From assembly GCA_963793425.1 (NCBI GenBank), contig CAWCAG010000005.1:1184001-1248000 (forward strand): DNA of 64,000 nucleotides. Direction: 5' to 3'. Below, piece by piece: positions 20,392 to 30,881 of this stretch. The translations under genes were made by a program, and so were the position numbers. The notes beneath the pieces are model-generated. The model did not search any database. It was not told the origin of the DNA and worked only from the letters and a program-made list of their open reading frames with translations. The DNA is from an uncultured cyanobacterium (GTDB lineage Bacteria; Cyanobacteriota; Cyanobacteriia; Cyanobacteriales; CAWCAG01). Each line of letters begins with the position of its first letter. Within the stretch, counting starts at the first letter, position 1.

Positions 20392-21555
20392 CTATTTCAG
20401 GTTGGGAGGTAAGACCCCTACTTTAAGATTCAACTCCACTGCTTTACCTTGGCGATCTAATTTTAAAGAGACTTTTTCTCCCACAGGGACTTTATTAACT
20501 ATGTTTTGTACTGTTTGAGAATCAATTACCTGATCTTCATTAATACTTTGCAAGACATCCCCTGTTTGTAATCCAGCTTGAGCAGCCGGAGAGTTAGGCA
20601 CAATTCCGGCAATAATTACCCCTTCTTGGGCTTCAACCCGAAAACCGTTTTGAGGATTGCTATTGATATTTTCCTTAATTTCTGGATTGAGGTCTACCAT
20701 TTGAATGCCTAAGTAAGGATGTTCAACTTTCCCTTTAGCAACTAGCTGATCAGCAATATCCTTAGCAGTATTAATGGGGATAGCGAAGCCAATACCTTGG
20801 GCATCGCGAAATATGGCAGTGTTGATGCCAATAACTTCACCGTTTTGATTCAGTAAAGGGCCTCCGGAATTTCCGGGGTTAATTGCTGCGTCGGTTTGGA
20901 CGAAATCCACTCTTTTGTCAGCAACACCTACTTGAGAACTAGACCTACCTGTCGCGCTGATGATTCCTGTGGTGACGGTATTATTTAAGCCTAAAGGATT
21001 GCCAATAGCAATGGCCCATTCTCCTGGTTTGAGTTGATCGGAATCTCCTAAAGCAGCAGCAGGAAGATTCTTTTCCTCAACTTTGATGACTGCCACATCA
21101 GTTACAGGATCACTTCCCATAACTGTTCCTTCTATAGTCCGACCATCTTTGAGGGTAACAGTTACAGTGTCAATACCATCAACAACATGGGCATTGGTGA
21201 GGATTTGACCATCTTTGCTAATGATAAAACCTGAACCTGTACCTTCACTCATTCTGAATCTTCCTGTTTGGCGAGAAGCATCAATACGTACAACGCTATC
21301 CCCAACCGTGTCAACAACCTCAGTGACGAAGTTATTAGGAATTAAGGAACTATTTATAGGAGGCGCGGCAACTTTCTTTTCTTGAAGCTGAGTTGAAGAG
21401 TCGGGAACGAGGGCAGATAGTTCTTTTTGCTCAACTAAAGCATTGCTACCAAAGGCAATACCTGCACCTAAAAGTACTAAAGATAAGTAAGTAACAGTTT
21501 TTTTAAGAGGATTGCTTTTTTGAGGGGAGGAAGAGTCTAGATTATTAATTTGCAT
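20392..21555 (-). CDS. HtrA/HhoA/HhoB (DegP-like) serine protease with PDZ domain
   Basis: GTGSGFI, LTNAHVV, QTDAAINPGNSGGPL. Confidence 0.95.
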   Translation of the reverse strand: MQINNLDSSSPQKSNPLKKTVTYLSLVLLGAGIAFGSNALVEQKELSALVPDSSTQLQEKKVAAPPINSSLIPNNFVTEVVDTVGDSVVRIDASRQTGRFRMSEGTGSGFIISKDGQILTNAHVVDGIDTVTVTLKDGRTIEGTVMGSDPVTDVAVIKVEEKNLPAAALGDSDQLKPGEWAIAIGNPLGLNNTVTTGIISATGRSSSQVGVADKRVDFVQTDAAINPGNSGGPLLNQNGEVIGINTAIFRDAQGIGFAIPINTAKDIADQLVAKGKVEHPYLGIQMVDLNPEIKENINSNPQNGFRVEAQEGVIIAGIVPNSPAAQAGLQTGDVLQSINEDQVIDSQTVQNIVNKVPVGEKVSLKLDRQGKAVELNLKVGVLPPNLK

Positions 21556-21663
21556 AGTTACTTAACTTTATTAATAACTTCACAGAGGAGGAAAAGTCAG
21601 CTAGTCGGTGTGAGTGAGTGTTCAAGGTGTTGATTAGCTGACACTTTTCAATTTAGATAAAGG

Positions 21664-21703
21664 AAATGACTTTCTTGTGACAATGTTGTGAAGATTGTGT
21701 GAC
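21664..21703 (-). promoter_or_regulatory. four 11-bp-phased (G/T)TCA(C/T) direct repeats upstream of htrA; OmpR/PhoB-type site
   Basis: Minus strand reads GTCACAC-aatc-TTCACAA-catt-GTCACAA-gaaa-GTCATTT. Confidence 0.55.
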
Positions 21704-22005
21704 AAAGTTGAGGGGGCGATGGGGCGATGGGGCGATGGTTTGTTCCCTCGTTGAATCATAATATACTGCTTTTCGTTTTTAAGGGAAGGGGAAAGGCGAT
21801 CACAATACTTTAATAAGAACGTATACCAAATTCATACACAAAATATACATTAAACAAACATGAGCGCAAACAGTGTTGCTTGATAATAAGCAAAGAAAGC
21901 AAAATAGTCTGAACAAGGTAACAAAGTTATTGCCTTGCTTCTTCCATCAATAAGGTTCCTCGTAACATAGCTAAATCTATGTTCTCACTGACAAACGAGT
22001 AACTA

Positions 22006-22037
22006 CCCCGCCCAACACCCATTGGGGGGGATTTTTT
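22006..22037 (+). terminator. Rho-independent terminator
   Basis: ccccgcccaa-caccca-ttggggggg-atttttt. Confidence 0.6.
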
Positions 22038-22205
22038 CTGTTTATCAATCTCAAAGCAAGCTGTTTAAATAGCTAGGGGTAGGGAGTAGGGAATATTAGA
22101 ATGTTGATAAGTTTCGAGATTTTAAGTCATGCAACAAGGGCAGGATTTGGTATCACTAGATTAGGAATTGCTATAGATAGGCTAATTTAGATTGACTTGC
22201 TCAAA

Positions 22206-22877
22206 ATGACCAAAATATCTACAAAAATTTTAGTTACCCTGATGTTTTTTGGGGGAACAGGTTTAACAGGTTTAATCGGTACGGCTGCTGTTGCCCAAAA
22301 TTATGATGACTTCAACTATTGGACTCAGCAATGCTATGAACTTAGGGGAGAATCGGGTTTAGAAGCTTGCGATCGCGCTATAGAATTACAACAGGATCAG
22401 GCTATTCTCTGGACGACGAGAGGGGCCATACTCCATCGAGATTTCCAGAAGTCTAGCGAAGCTTTAACTTACCACAATCGCGCCCTTGAACTTGATCGGG
22501 ATAATTCTTTAGCTTGGTACAATCGTTGTACCGCTTTGAATAATTTACGTAGGTACGAAGAGGCTGTTACTAGTTGTGAACAAGCATTAGCCGGAGATGG
22601 TAATTGGGGAGATGGAGAAATATATTTAGCTTGGACAGCAAAAGGGGTGAGTTTGCGTCGGTTAGGACGTTATACCCAAGCGATTGAAGCTTATGAACAA
22701 GCGATCACCCTGAAGCCAGATGACCAAACTACCTGGAATAATAAAGGTGTTGCTTTGTATAAGTTGGGGCGCTATTTAGAAGCTTTGGAAGCTTTTGAAA
22801 TAGCTTTAGAAATAGATTTTAATGATCAAGTTACCCAAGAAAATCTTGATTTGACTTTACGAAGATTAGGAAGGTAA
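22206..22877 (+). CDS. secreted tetratricopeptide-repeat protein
   Basis: Signal-like N-terminus ending AAVAQ; repeated W..RG..L..L..Y.EA...Y..A. Confidence 0.88.
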   Translation: MTKISTKILVTLMFFGGTGLTGLIGTAAVAQNYDDFNYWTQQCYELRGESGLEACDRAIELQQDQAILWTTRGAILHRDFQKSSEALTYHNRALELDRDNSLAWYNRCTALNNLRRYEEAVTSCEQALAGDGNWGDGEIYLAWTAKGVSLRRLGRYTQAIEAYEQAITLKPDDQTTWNNKGVALYKLGRYLEALEAFEIALEIDFNDQVTQENLDLTLRRLGR

Positions 22878-22908
22878 TTGATCATGGCTATTTGCTAATG
22901 GCTAATAG

Positions 22909-24237
22909 CTAATCGTCTTTACCAAAGCTTAAGGCTTTTCCTCGTACTTCTGTATTAACCTTGCCAGCCTCGTAGACAACTTGACCACCAACAATGGTTA
23001 ATTGTGGCCATCCGGTTAAATCCCAACCTTCAAAGGGACTCCAGCCGCATTTGCTTAGTATTTCTTCCCTTAATACCGGGCGATAATTATCTACATCTAC
23101 CAAAACTAAATCTGCATCATAACCAACAGCGATCGCGCCTTTATTGGGAATTTGGTAAGCCTTAGCAGGAGCAGTAGACATCCAATTAGCTACTTGGGCT
23201 ATGGTACAACGTCCTTGCATTGCTTGGGTAAGCATTAAAGGTAAGGAGGTTTCTACCCCTGGCATTCCAGAAGGACTATGGGGATAGCCTTTACCTTTTT
23301 CTTCTAAGGTATGGGGGGCATGATCTGTAGCAATGAAATCAATTACCCCATCTAGCAAAGCTTGCCACAGAATCGCGTTATCTTGGGGCGATCGCAAGGG
23401 AGGATTCATCTGGGCGAGAGTGCCAATTTTCTCGTAAGCTTGGGTATTTAAAAGAAGATGTTGAGGGGTTACTTCTGCTGTTACCCAATTCGGTTTATCT
23501 TGACGCAATAATTCCGCTTCTTCTCCTGTGGAAAGGTGGAGAATATGTAAACGTCTTTGATACTTTTTAGAGAGTTTCAGAGCTAATTTAGTGGCATTTA
23601 GGGCAGCTTGACTATCTTGAATCCGAGAATGGATAGCGGGGTTAGTTTCTCCGGCAAATAATTTACGCCGTTCTATAATCCTAGCTTGATCTTCAGCATG
23701 AACAGCAATTAAGCGCTCCCCTTGAGCAAAAATTGGTTCTATTTCTGCTTCTGTACTAACTAACAAAGCACCATGGGAAGAACCCATAAAAATTTTAATG
23801 CCACAACTAGGAGAAGCCTCACGAAGGGCAGCTAAATTTTCTGCCGTTGCCCCCATAAAAAAGCCATAATTAACTAAACACTTCTGTTCACAACGCCTTA
23901 ATTTATCGTCCAAGGCTTCTTGAGTTGTGGTTAAAGGACGAGTATTAGGCATTTCCAAAAAGGAGGTAACACCACCTTTAGCACAAGCACAACTCGCTGT
24001 AAACAAGTCTTCTTTATGTTCTAACCCTGGTTCGCGAAAATGTACTTGGGGGTCAATTACCCCAGGCAACAAAGTTAAATTAGTAGCGTCTATTTCTCTA
24101 TCAAAGTTATTTGTCTCTAGGTTGGTGGCAATTTGAGTGATTTTCCCTTTCGTAACCTCCACATCTCCCACCTGAAAGTTGCCATTAGGTAAGAGAATAC
24201 GGGCTTGACGAATTAGTAATTGAGTAGTATATGCCAT
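22909..24237 (-). CDS. pyrC: dihydroorotase
   Basis: PGVIDPQVHFREPG, EMPNT, IATDHAPH. Confidence 0.9.
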   Translation of the reverse strand: MAYTTQLLIRQARILLPNGNFQVGDVEVTKGKITQIATNLETNNFDREIDATNLTLLPGVIDPQVHFREPGLEHKEDLFTASCACAKGGVTSFLEMPNTRPLTTTQEALDDKLRRCEQKCLVNYGFFMGATAENLAALREASPSCGIKIFMGSSHGALLVSTEAEIEPIFAQGERLIAVHAEDQARIIERRKLFAGETNPAIHSRIQDSQAALNATKLALKLSKKYQRRLHILHLSTGEEAELLRQDKPNWVTAEVTPQHLLLNTQAYEKIGTLAQMNPPLRSPQDNAILWQALLDGVIDFIATDHAPHTLEEKGKGYPHSPSGMPGVETSLPLMLTQAMQGRCTIAQVANWMSTAPAKAYQIPNKGAIAVGYDADLVLVDVDNYRPVLREEILSKCGWSPFEGWDLTGWPQLTIVGGQVVYEAGKVNTEVRGKALSFGKDD

Positions 24238-24379
24238 ATCAAGTTAGAATTAAACGATTCTTAAATAGTTGCAACTTTTGAGGTTGTGCAGTTACAAGTA
24301 GAAAAGAAACTATACATCAATTCCTAAATTTATTTTTTGTTGTTATTGAAGTGGTAATTGTTTTGAAATTGCATAAGCT

Positions 24380-24985
24380 ATGACCGAAACTTCTAATCAA
24401 ACCCCCAAACCCAAACCGGAAAGAAGCCCTGAAAACCCATGGATAGAGGGGCTGAAAACTATTGCCTTAAGCGCTGTATTAGCTGTTGGTATACGCAGTT
24501 TTGTCGCTGAAGCCCGTTATATCCCTTCCGGTTCCATGCTTCCTACCTTGGAAATTAACGACAGACTACTTATAGAAAAGGTAAGTTACAACTTTAGAAA
24601 ACCCGAACGAGGGGATATTGTGGTTTTTAACCCTACAGATACCCTTAAAGAACAAAATTTCCACGATGCTTTTATTAAGAGGGTAATTGGCTTGCCCGGA
24701 GAAACTATTCAAGTGAAAAACGGCAGAGTTGTTGTTAATGGTAAGGCAATAGAAGAAAAATATATTGAACAAGAACCTGCTTATGATTATGGTCCAGTAA
24801 AAGTTCCGGAAAACCAATACCTAGTTTTAGGGGACAATCGCAACAACAGCTACGATTCTCATGCTTGGGGTTTTGTACCTCGCGAAAATATTATTGGTCG
24901 TGCAGCAGTAAGATTCTGGCCTGTGGGGCGCGTGGGTTCCCTTGATGAAGATCCTCTCTATCAAGACAAAAAACAGCCAGAATAG
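24380..24985 (+). CDS. lepB: signal peptidase I
   Basis: [30 protein letters not shown]. Confidence 0.97.
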   Translation: MTETSNQTPKPKPERSPENPWIEGLKTIALSAVLAVGIRSFVAEARYIPSGSMLPTLEINDRLLIEKVSYNFRKPERGDIVVFNPTDTLKEQNFHDAFIKRVIGLPGETIQVKNGRVVVNGKAIEEKYIEQEPAYDYGPVKVPENQYLVLGDNRNNSYDSHAWGFVPRENIIGRAAVRFWPVGRVGSLDEDPLYQDKKQPE

Positions 24986-25066
24986 GTCAGCGCTGGATAG
25001 TTCTCTTAGCTACTTTTTTGGGCTGGGCAGCTAGGGAGAAGTCATTTCAGTTGAATATTTCTTGGC

Positions 25067-25237
25067 CTATCTTAACCCTAGCCAAGTAAAGAAATCTTGG
25101 CGAGTAAAAAGCTCAAGCAGTAATAGAGCAACAAAGCCAATCATAGCAAAGCGCCCGTTAATTTTTTCGGCGTAAATATTCCAACCAAAACTGGGTTCTG
25201 TTTCCAGGCTGGAATTTTCTTCTGTCTCAGTACTCAT
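25067..25237 (-). CDS. hli: high-light inducible protein (Hli/SCP)
   Basis: [17 protein letters not shown]. Confidence 0.9.
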   Translation of the reverse strand: MSTETEENSSLETEPSFGWNIYAEKINGRFAMIGFVALLLLELFTRQDFFTWLGLR

Positions 25238-25290
25238 AAATAAGAAAAATGACAATTAACAATTAGCAATTAGCAATTAGCGATTAGCGA

Positions 25291-26277
25291 TTAGCAATCT
25301 AAATTCTGGACAGACTCAATCAGCGATCGCACTTCCTGAGTTCCCTCAGAAGGGGTGAATTCAAGGGGGAATTTTCCCCGTGCTAACATTCTTAAACCTA
25401 AAGGGGCAAGACTGGCTAAGCCCTTTAAGTCCCGTAAATAGTTGCCCACAACCATCAAACTAAACTTACGCTCATCAATCCAGCCCCCTTGTTTAACTAA
25501 ATCTACTAAAACTTTACGATGGCGAACTGAACGGCTGCTTTGAGCATCTTGGCGCTCTAAAATTTCCTGCTTAATTTTACTGATTTGTTCCATAGGGGCC
25601 ACTTCCATAGGACAAACGGCGTTGCACATATAACAACGGGTACAACCCCATACCCCTGCTGTCCCTTGGTTATAAGACTCCAAACGTTCTTCTTTTTGCT
25701 CATCGCGAGAGTCTGTCACCATTCTTTCCGCTTTTGCTAAGGCATGAGGCCCCACAAAATCAGCATTGACATCCCTAGCATTACATTCTGAGTAACAAGC
25801 ACCGCACATGATGCAATTACCTGTTTGATCAAGCTGCGATCGCTCCTTGGGAGTCTGGAGAAACTCCCTTTCCGGGATTGACCTAGCATTGGTGCTTACA
25901 TAAGGCTCCACGGCTTCTAAGCCTTGCCAGAACCCTTGCATATCTACAACCAAATCTTTAATTACAGGCATATTTCCCAAAGGAGCTATAGTAATTTCTG
26001 GAGTTGATTGGGGAGATGTTGCCCAGAAGCGTTCTATTTCTTGCCCTACGTTTTCCTTACAAGCTAAAGCTGAACGTCCGTTAATTTTCATCCCGCAGCT
26101 ACCACAAATTGTATTGCGACAGTTCTTACGAAAAGCTAAGCTACCATCCAACTCCCACTTGATAATATTTAAACACTCAAGAATCGTCTTTCCTGGCTCG
26201 ATATCCAAACTATAACTCTGAAGCTTCGGAAAAGGTGCATTTTGTTTTTGGCGAACTACTTTAAAAATTACTTCCAT
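25291..26277 (-). CDS. sdhB: succinate dehydrogenase/fumarate reductase Fe-S subunit
   Basis: CRNTICGSC, CIMCGACYSEC, CTRCYMCNAVCP. Confidence 0.93.
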   Translation of the reverse strand: MEVIFKVVRQKQNAPFPKLQSYSLDIEPGKTILECLNIIKWELDGSLAFRKNCRNTICGSCGMKINGRSALACKENVGQEIERFWATSPQSTPEITIAPLGNMPVIKDLVVDMQGFWQGLEAVEPYVSTNARSIPEREFLQTPKERSQLDQTGNCIMCGACYSECNARDVNADFVGPHALAKAERMVTDSRDEQKEERLESYNQGTAGVWGCTRCYMCNAVCPMEVAPMEQISKIKQEILERQDAQSSRSVRHRKVLVDLVKQGGWIDERKFSLMVVGNYLRDLKGLASLAPLGLRMLARGKFPLEFTPSEGTQEVRSLIESVQNLDC

Positions 26278-26665
26278 AGAATTAATCTTAAAAAACCTTC
26301 CTACCTTAGTGGAAATTTTTATTTAACTCAAGCAATTATCAGATAGCGTTTTAATTCCTATTTGTCAATAGCTTTTTTATGGTTAGAGATAAACTACCTT
26401 GATATTTCTAGTTTAAAACAAGGAAACCAAAAAATCTCCCCTTCCAGAAAAATCGCTGATTGTGTTGGGAATTTTATTTTTAAAACTGGACTTTCTTAAA
26501 TCAGACAAGTAACTTTAAGTGCAACAGTTTTTGTCAAAATCACCAACAGCTACTCAAAAAAATTGTCCATCGTTGGTTTTTAACGATATATTTTTTATAT
26601 AGCCAATAATTTGGTAGTAAGATATATTGTCTAATTAAGAAAGTTGAAGGATATTTTGTCGAGTC

Positions 26666-27076
26666 ATGACTGAGATGCCAACTACAGCATTAACAGGAAA
26701 ATCTTTACTACAAAAAGTTAAAGAGCTTTCCCACTTACCTCGCAGAGAAACAGCAAAACGCTGCGGTTATTACACGGTGACTAAAAATAATCAAACCCGT
26801 GTAAATTTAACTGACTTTTATGATGCAGTCCTTGCTGCAAAAGGAGTTCCTTTAGATCCAGAAGGAACAAAAGATGGTCGAGGAAGGGAACCTACCTATC
26901 GGGTAAGCGTTCATAAAAATGGTCAAATTGTGATTGGTTCAACCTACACTCAGGCCATGGGTTTAAAACCGGGGGATGAGTTTGAAATCAAACTAGGTTA
27001 TAAACACATTCACCTCAAACAGCTAGATGTTGAAGGTGAAGACTTAGCAGAAGATGCTGAGGCTGTAGCCGTGTAA
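26666..27076 (+). CDS. cyabrB1: cyanobacterial AbrB-like regulator, clade A (Sll0359/CalA-like)
   Basis: LPRRETAKRCGYY, RVNLTDFYDA, GREPTYRVSVHKNGQIVIG. Confidence 0.85.
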   Translation: MTEMPTTALTGKSLLQKVKELSHLPRRETAKRCGYYTVTKNNQTRVNLTDFYDAVLAAKGVPLDPEGTKDGRGREPTYRVSVHKNGQIVIGSTYTQAMGLKPGDEFEIKLGYKHIHLKQLDVEGEDLAEDAEAVAV

Positions 27077-27382
27077 TCTCTAGTGCCGAAAATCAAAGAA
27101 AAATAGAGAGGAGGGATTGAGAGACAAAGTAATATTTTTCCCTCTAAGTACCAGGCAATCTTTTTCAGGAATGAAAAAATTGCTTGCTATTTGAGGGTCA
27201 TATCCTGGTTGAATTACCAGCAAATAAATATTACTCTCTACTAGCGAGATTCTCAATCTGTCTCTCTGTTCCTTTTTTCTTACTAATCTACATTCAAAGG
27301 CTCTTCCCATGCCATTAATCGAGCCAAAGCGAAGCATTTTAACCAACAAATTCCTCTAATTTACTTGGCTTGATTTCTACCT

Positions 27383-28219
27383 ATGGTAGTATTGTCATTG
27401 ACCTTCGATGAGTGTCTAAATGCTCTAACAACAACCACAGCCTTAGTAAAAGTAACAGCTTTTTTTCTTGCTTGGGGAATTTTGTGGTTCCCTTTGTTAG
27501 TTCCTGTAGCAATTTTAGTTAAGTGGCGACCACCTCAACCCTTAAAGGAGAAACAAAAACTCTCTTTAGTAGCTTCTCTTTACTTAATTGCCCCCTTAAT
27601 TATTGCTGCTTCAGCTTGGACTGAAGGTGCTTCTTTTCAGGATTATGGCTTAAGTTGGCACAAAAGTATTTTTACTTCTTTAGGATTCGGCTTTATTTTA
27701 GGTATTTTTAGCTTAGTAGTCACTTTTGGCGGGGAGTGGTTATTAGGTTTGCTGCAATGGCGTTGGGAAAATCTCAAGCGTTTACCATCCCTTTTATTCC
27801 CCCTATTATTAGTAGGTTTGTGGATTGGTATCACTGAGGAATTAATCTTTCGGGGCTTTATTATCAATGAATTACAACAAGACTATAACCTAATTTTTGC
27901 GGCGGTAATTTCTAGTTTAATTTTTGCTTTATTACATTTAGTTTGGGAACAAAAAGATACCCTCCCTCAAGTTCCAGGATTATGGCTTATGGGGATAATT
28001 TTAGTTTTGGCACGTTGGGTAGATGGAGGTAGTTTAGGTATAGCCTGGGGACTTCATGCTAGTTGGATTTGGGGACTATCTTGTCTCGATTCGGCGGAGT
28101 TAATTTCCTACACAGGCAAAAGAGGGCAATGGTTAACAGGTGTAGGTGATAAACCTTTAGCGGGTATTGCTGGAATTTTCTGTTTATTGGTTGTAGGATT
28201 TTGCTTATTTCTTTATTGA
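27383..28219 (+). CDS. CPBP/Abi family intramembrane metalloprotease
   Basis: EELIFRG, FALLH, WGLHASW. Confidence 0.9.
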   Translation: MVVLSLTFDECLNALTTTTALVKVTAFFLAWGILWFPLLVPVAILVKWRPPQPLKEKQKLSLVASLYLIAPLIIAASAWTEGASFQDYGLSWHKSIFTSLGFGFILGIFSLVVTFGGEWLLGLLQWRWENLKRLPSLLFPLLLVGLWIGITEELIFRGFIINELQQDYNLIFAAVISSLIFALLHLVWEQKDTLPQVPGLWLMGIILVLARWVDGGSLGIAWGLHASWIWGLSCLDSAELISYTGKRGQWLTGVGDKPLAGIAGIFCLLVVGFCLFLY

Positions 28220-28272
28220 CAAATATAGGGATTCTTACAACAGCATTTTGTCGTTTCATTCTATTTCAAGAT

Positions 28273-28740
28273 ATGGAAAAAGCAATTGGAGACATCAAAA
28301 TTTCCAAAATTGAATCAATTCAAACTCTTGAAAAATGTTCTGAATCATTAGTGTCAGCCTATAACGGTGAGCCATGGCATGATAATTGGACGAAAGAAAA
28401 GGCCTTAGAAAAACTGACTTGTTTTTACAATTCACCTAAATTTCTTGGCTGGATGGCAATGCAAGAAGATAAACTCTTAGGTTGTTGTGTGGGAAATATA
28501 GAGCCGTATTATATTGGTGACTATTTTTATTTGAAAGAAATGTTCGTTTCTGTTCAATCCCAGAGAATGGGAGTTGGTTCTAAATTAATGGCATCCTTAA
28601 AAGGATATCTAGAAACAATCGGCATTGAGACGATTATTTTATTTACTTCCAAGGAGGCATTTCCTTTTGATTTTTATCAAAAGACTGGCTTTAAGGAAAT
28701 GAAAGGTATGCGTATGATGTACTTTGGTCAGACAGAGTAA
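28273..28740 (+). CDS. GNAT family acetyltransferase
   Basis: AYNGEPWHDNW, EMFV....QRMGVGSKLM, FYQKTGF. Confidence 0.88.
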   Translation: MEKAIGDIKISKIESIQTLEKCSESLVSAYNGEPWHDNWTKEKALEKLTCFYNSPKFLGWMAMQEDKLLGCCVGNIEPYYIGDYFYLKEMFVSVQSQRMGVGSKLMASLKGYLETIGIETIILFTSKEAFPFDFYQKTGFKEMKGMRMMYFGQTE

Positions 28741-29049
28741 ATATAGCAATATAAATGCGTCCTTTGAACAACTTTTTGGGGCTTGACATTTTTTAAGTTG
28801 AAGTTATGTGAATTCAAAATGTTTAATAACAAAATAGCTTCAATTGAATTTTTACTTATACTTCTCGCAAAAACTCATTGAAAGCAACTTTTAAAACTAA
28901 ATCCCTCTAACGAGAAGGCTTATGGCAATAACTGTAAAAAAACAGTTAACCCAAACAGTAAAACAAGCCGTACAGTTTTTAATTGCGAAGTTCTATCTCT
29001 TTTGAGATAAAATTAAAAGTTTGCGATAACTATAAAAAGCTGGCATTAA

Positions 29050-30057
<1,008 letters not shown>

Positions 30058-30063
30058 AAAACC

Positions 30064-30094
30064 GTAGGGTGTGTTAGCGGTAGCGTAACGCACC
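30064..30094 (+). repeat. GTAG-type REP
   Basis: GTAGGGTGTGTTA-gcggtagcg-TAACGCACC hairpin. Confidence 0.75.
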
Positions 30095-30156
30095 TTGCTC
30101 AAGACTAAGGAAAGCTATAGTGTGATCGCACTTTTTGTAGGAATTAGTCTAATCCA

Positions 30157-30693
30157 ATGGATTTTCAGGAATACTTAAAAGGGATGATTAGCGATCAAAA
30201 GTTTAGTGAAGTGTTGCATAAGCAACATTATTCTTTTGCTCACAAAATCATACCTTATATTGTAGAAAATCACTTCCCTGAGTTAGTAAGCAAAATTCTT
30301 GATCAATCTGTTCAAAGTTGGATTTTACAGCTTTGGAATGAATATGCTGAAATTTCAATTCCTGAATACACAAAAGCAGTTTACCCAACCTGTAACTTCA
30401 TACAACCATCTGACAATGTTGGGTTGATTTACTTTGTTATGCCTTCACCTAGAGTAAGTCCAGAAGTGTTGTATGCAGCAGCAATTTTTTTTATGGACGA
30501 TGATGCGCCATCTGAATGGCTGCGAGGTTACTTTACACTTGAATTAGGACTTTCTACATCTGCTTATTGGACTCTGTGTGAATGGGATGACTCTAATCAT
30601 ATTAATCTAGGAGGATTTGAATATGAGCCAACCCTAGAAAATTTTCTTAAGGTCGTTATTGCAGAAGCAAAGAAGAAGTGGCTTGAGTATTAG
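30157..30693 (+). CDS. hypothetical protein (acidic, immunity-protein-like)
   Basis: 178-aa ORF; HY.FAH and YFTLE.G...LCEW...H.N.G pattern. Confidence 0.7.
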   Translation: MDFQEYLKGMISDQKFSEVLHKQHYSFAHKIIPYIVENHFPELVSKILDQSVQSWILQLWNEYAEISIPEYTKAVYPTCNFIQPSDNVGLIYFVMPSPRVSPEVLYAAAIFFMDDDAPSEWLRGYFTLELGLSTSAYWTLCEWDDSNHINLGGFEYEPTLENFLKVVIAEAKKKWLEY

Positions 30694-30712
30694 TATTTGA
30701 TAGCTTGATAAT

Positions 30713-30742
30713 GGTGCGTTACATTTCATTAACACACCCTAC
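30713..30742 (-). repeat. GTAG-type REP, inverted partner of 30064-30094
   Basis: Reverse complement GTAGGGTGTGTTA-atgaaatg-TAACGCACC. Confidence 0.75.
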
Positions 30743-30835
30743 TAGTGTGACCCAGCTAAAATTGTATTAAGGTTAATCTCATAATTTGACTGGTAAACCC
30801 CCCTACTATCGCCACATTTTAACTGTGTCACGCCA
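30743..30835. mobile_element. MITE-like element with CTAC 4-bp direct repeats
   Basis: TIRs tagtgtgacccagctaaaa / ttttaactgtgtcacgcca; related to 35374-35476. Confidence 0.6.
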
Positions 30836-30881
30836 CTACTTTTTTGATAATTAAATAAAAAACTTTATCATTCACAAAATT

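Noticed and set aside
21608..21625. Yfr1 sRNA
   Set aside because: ACTCACTCACAC resembles but does not match the ACTCCTCACAC motif, and it sits in a hairpin loop rather than between two stems.
27080..27349. 89-aa minus-strand ORF
   Set aside because: No recognisable motifs, a TTG start, and it lies between co-oriented plus-strand genes; probably spurious.
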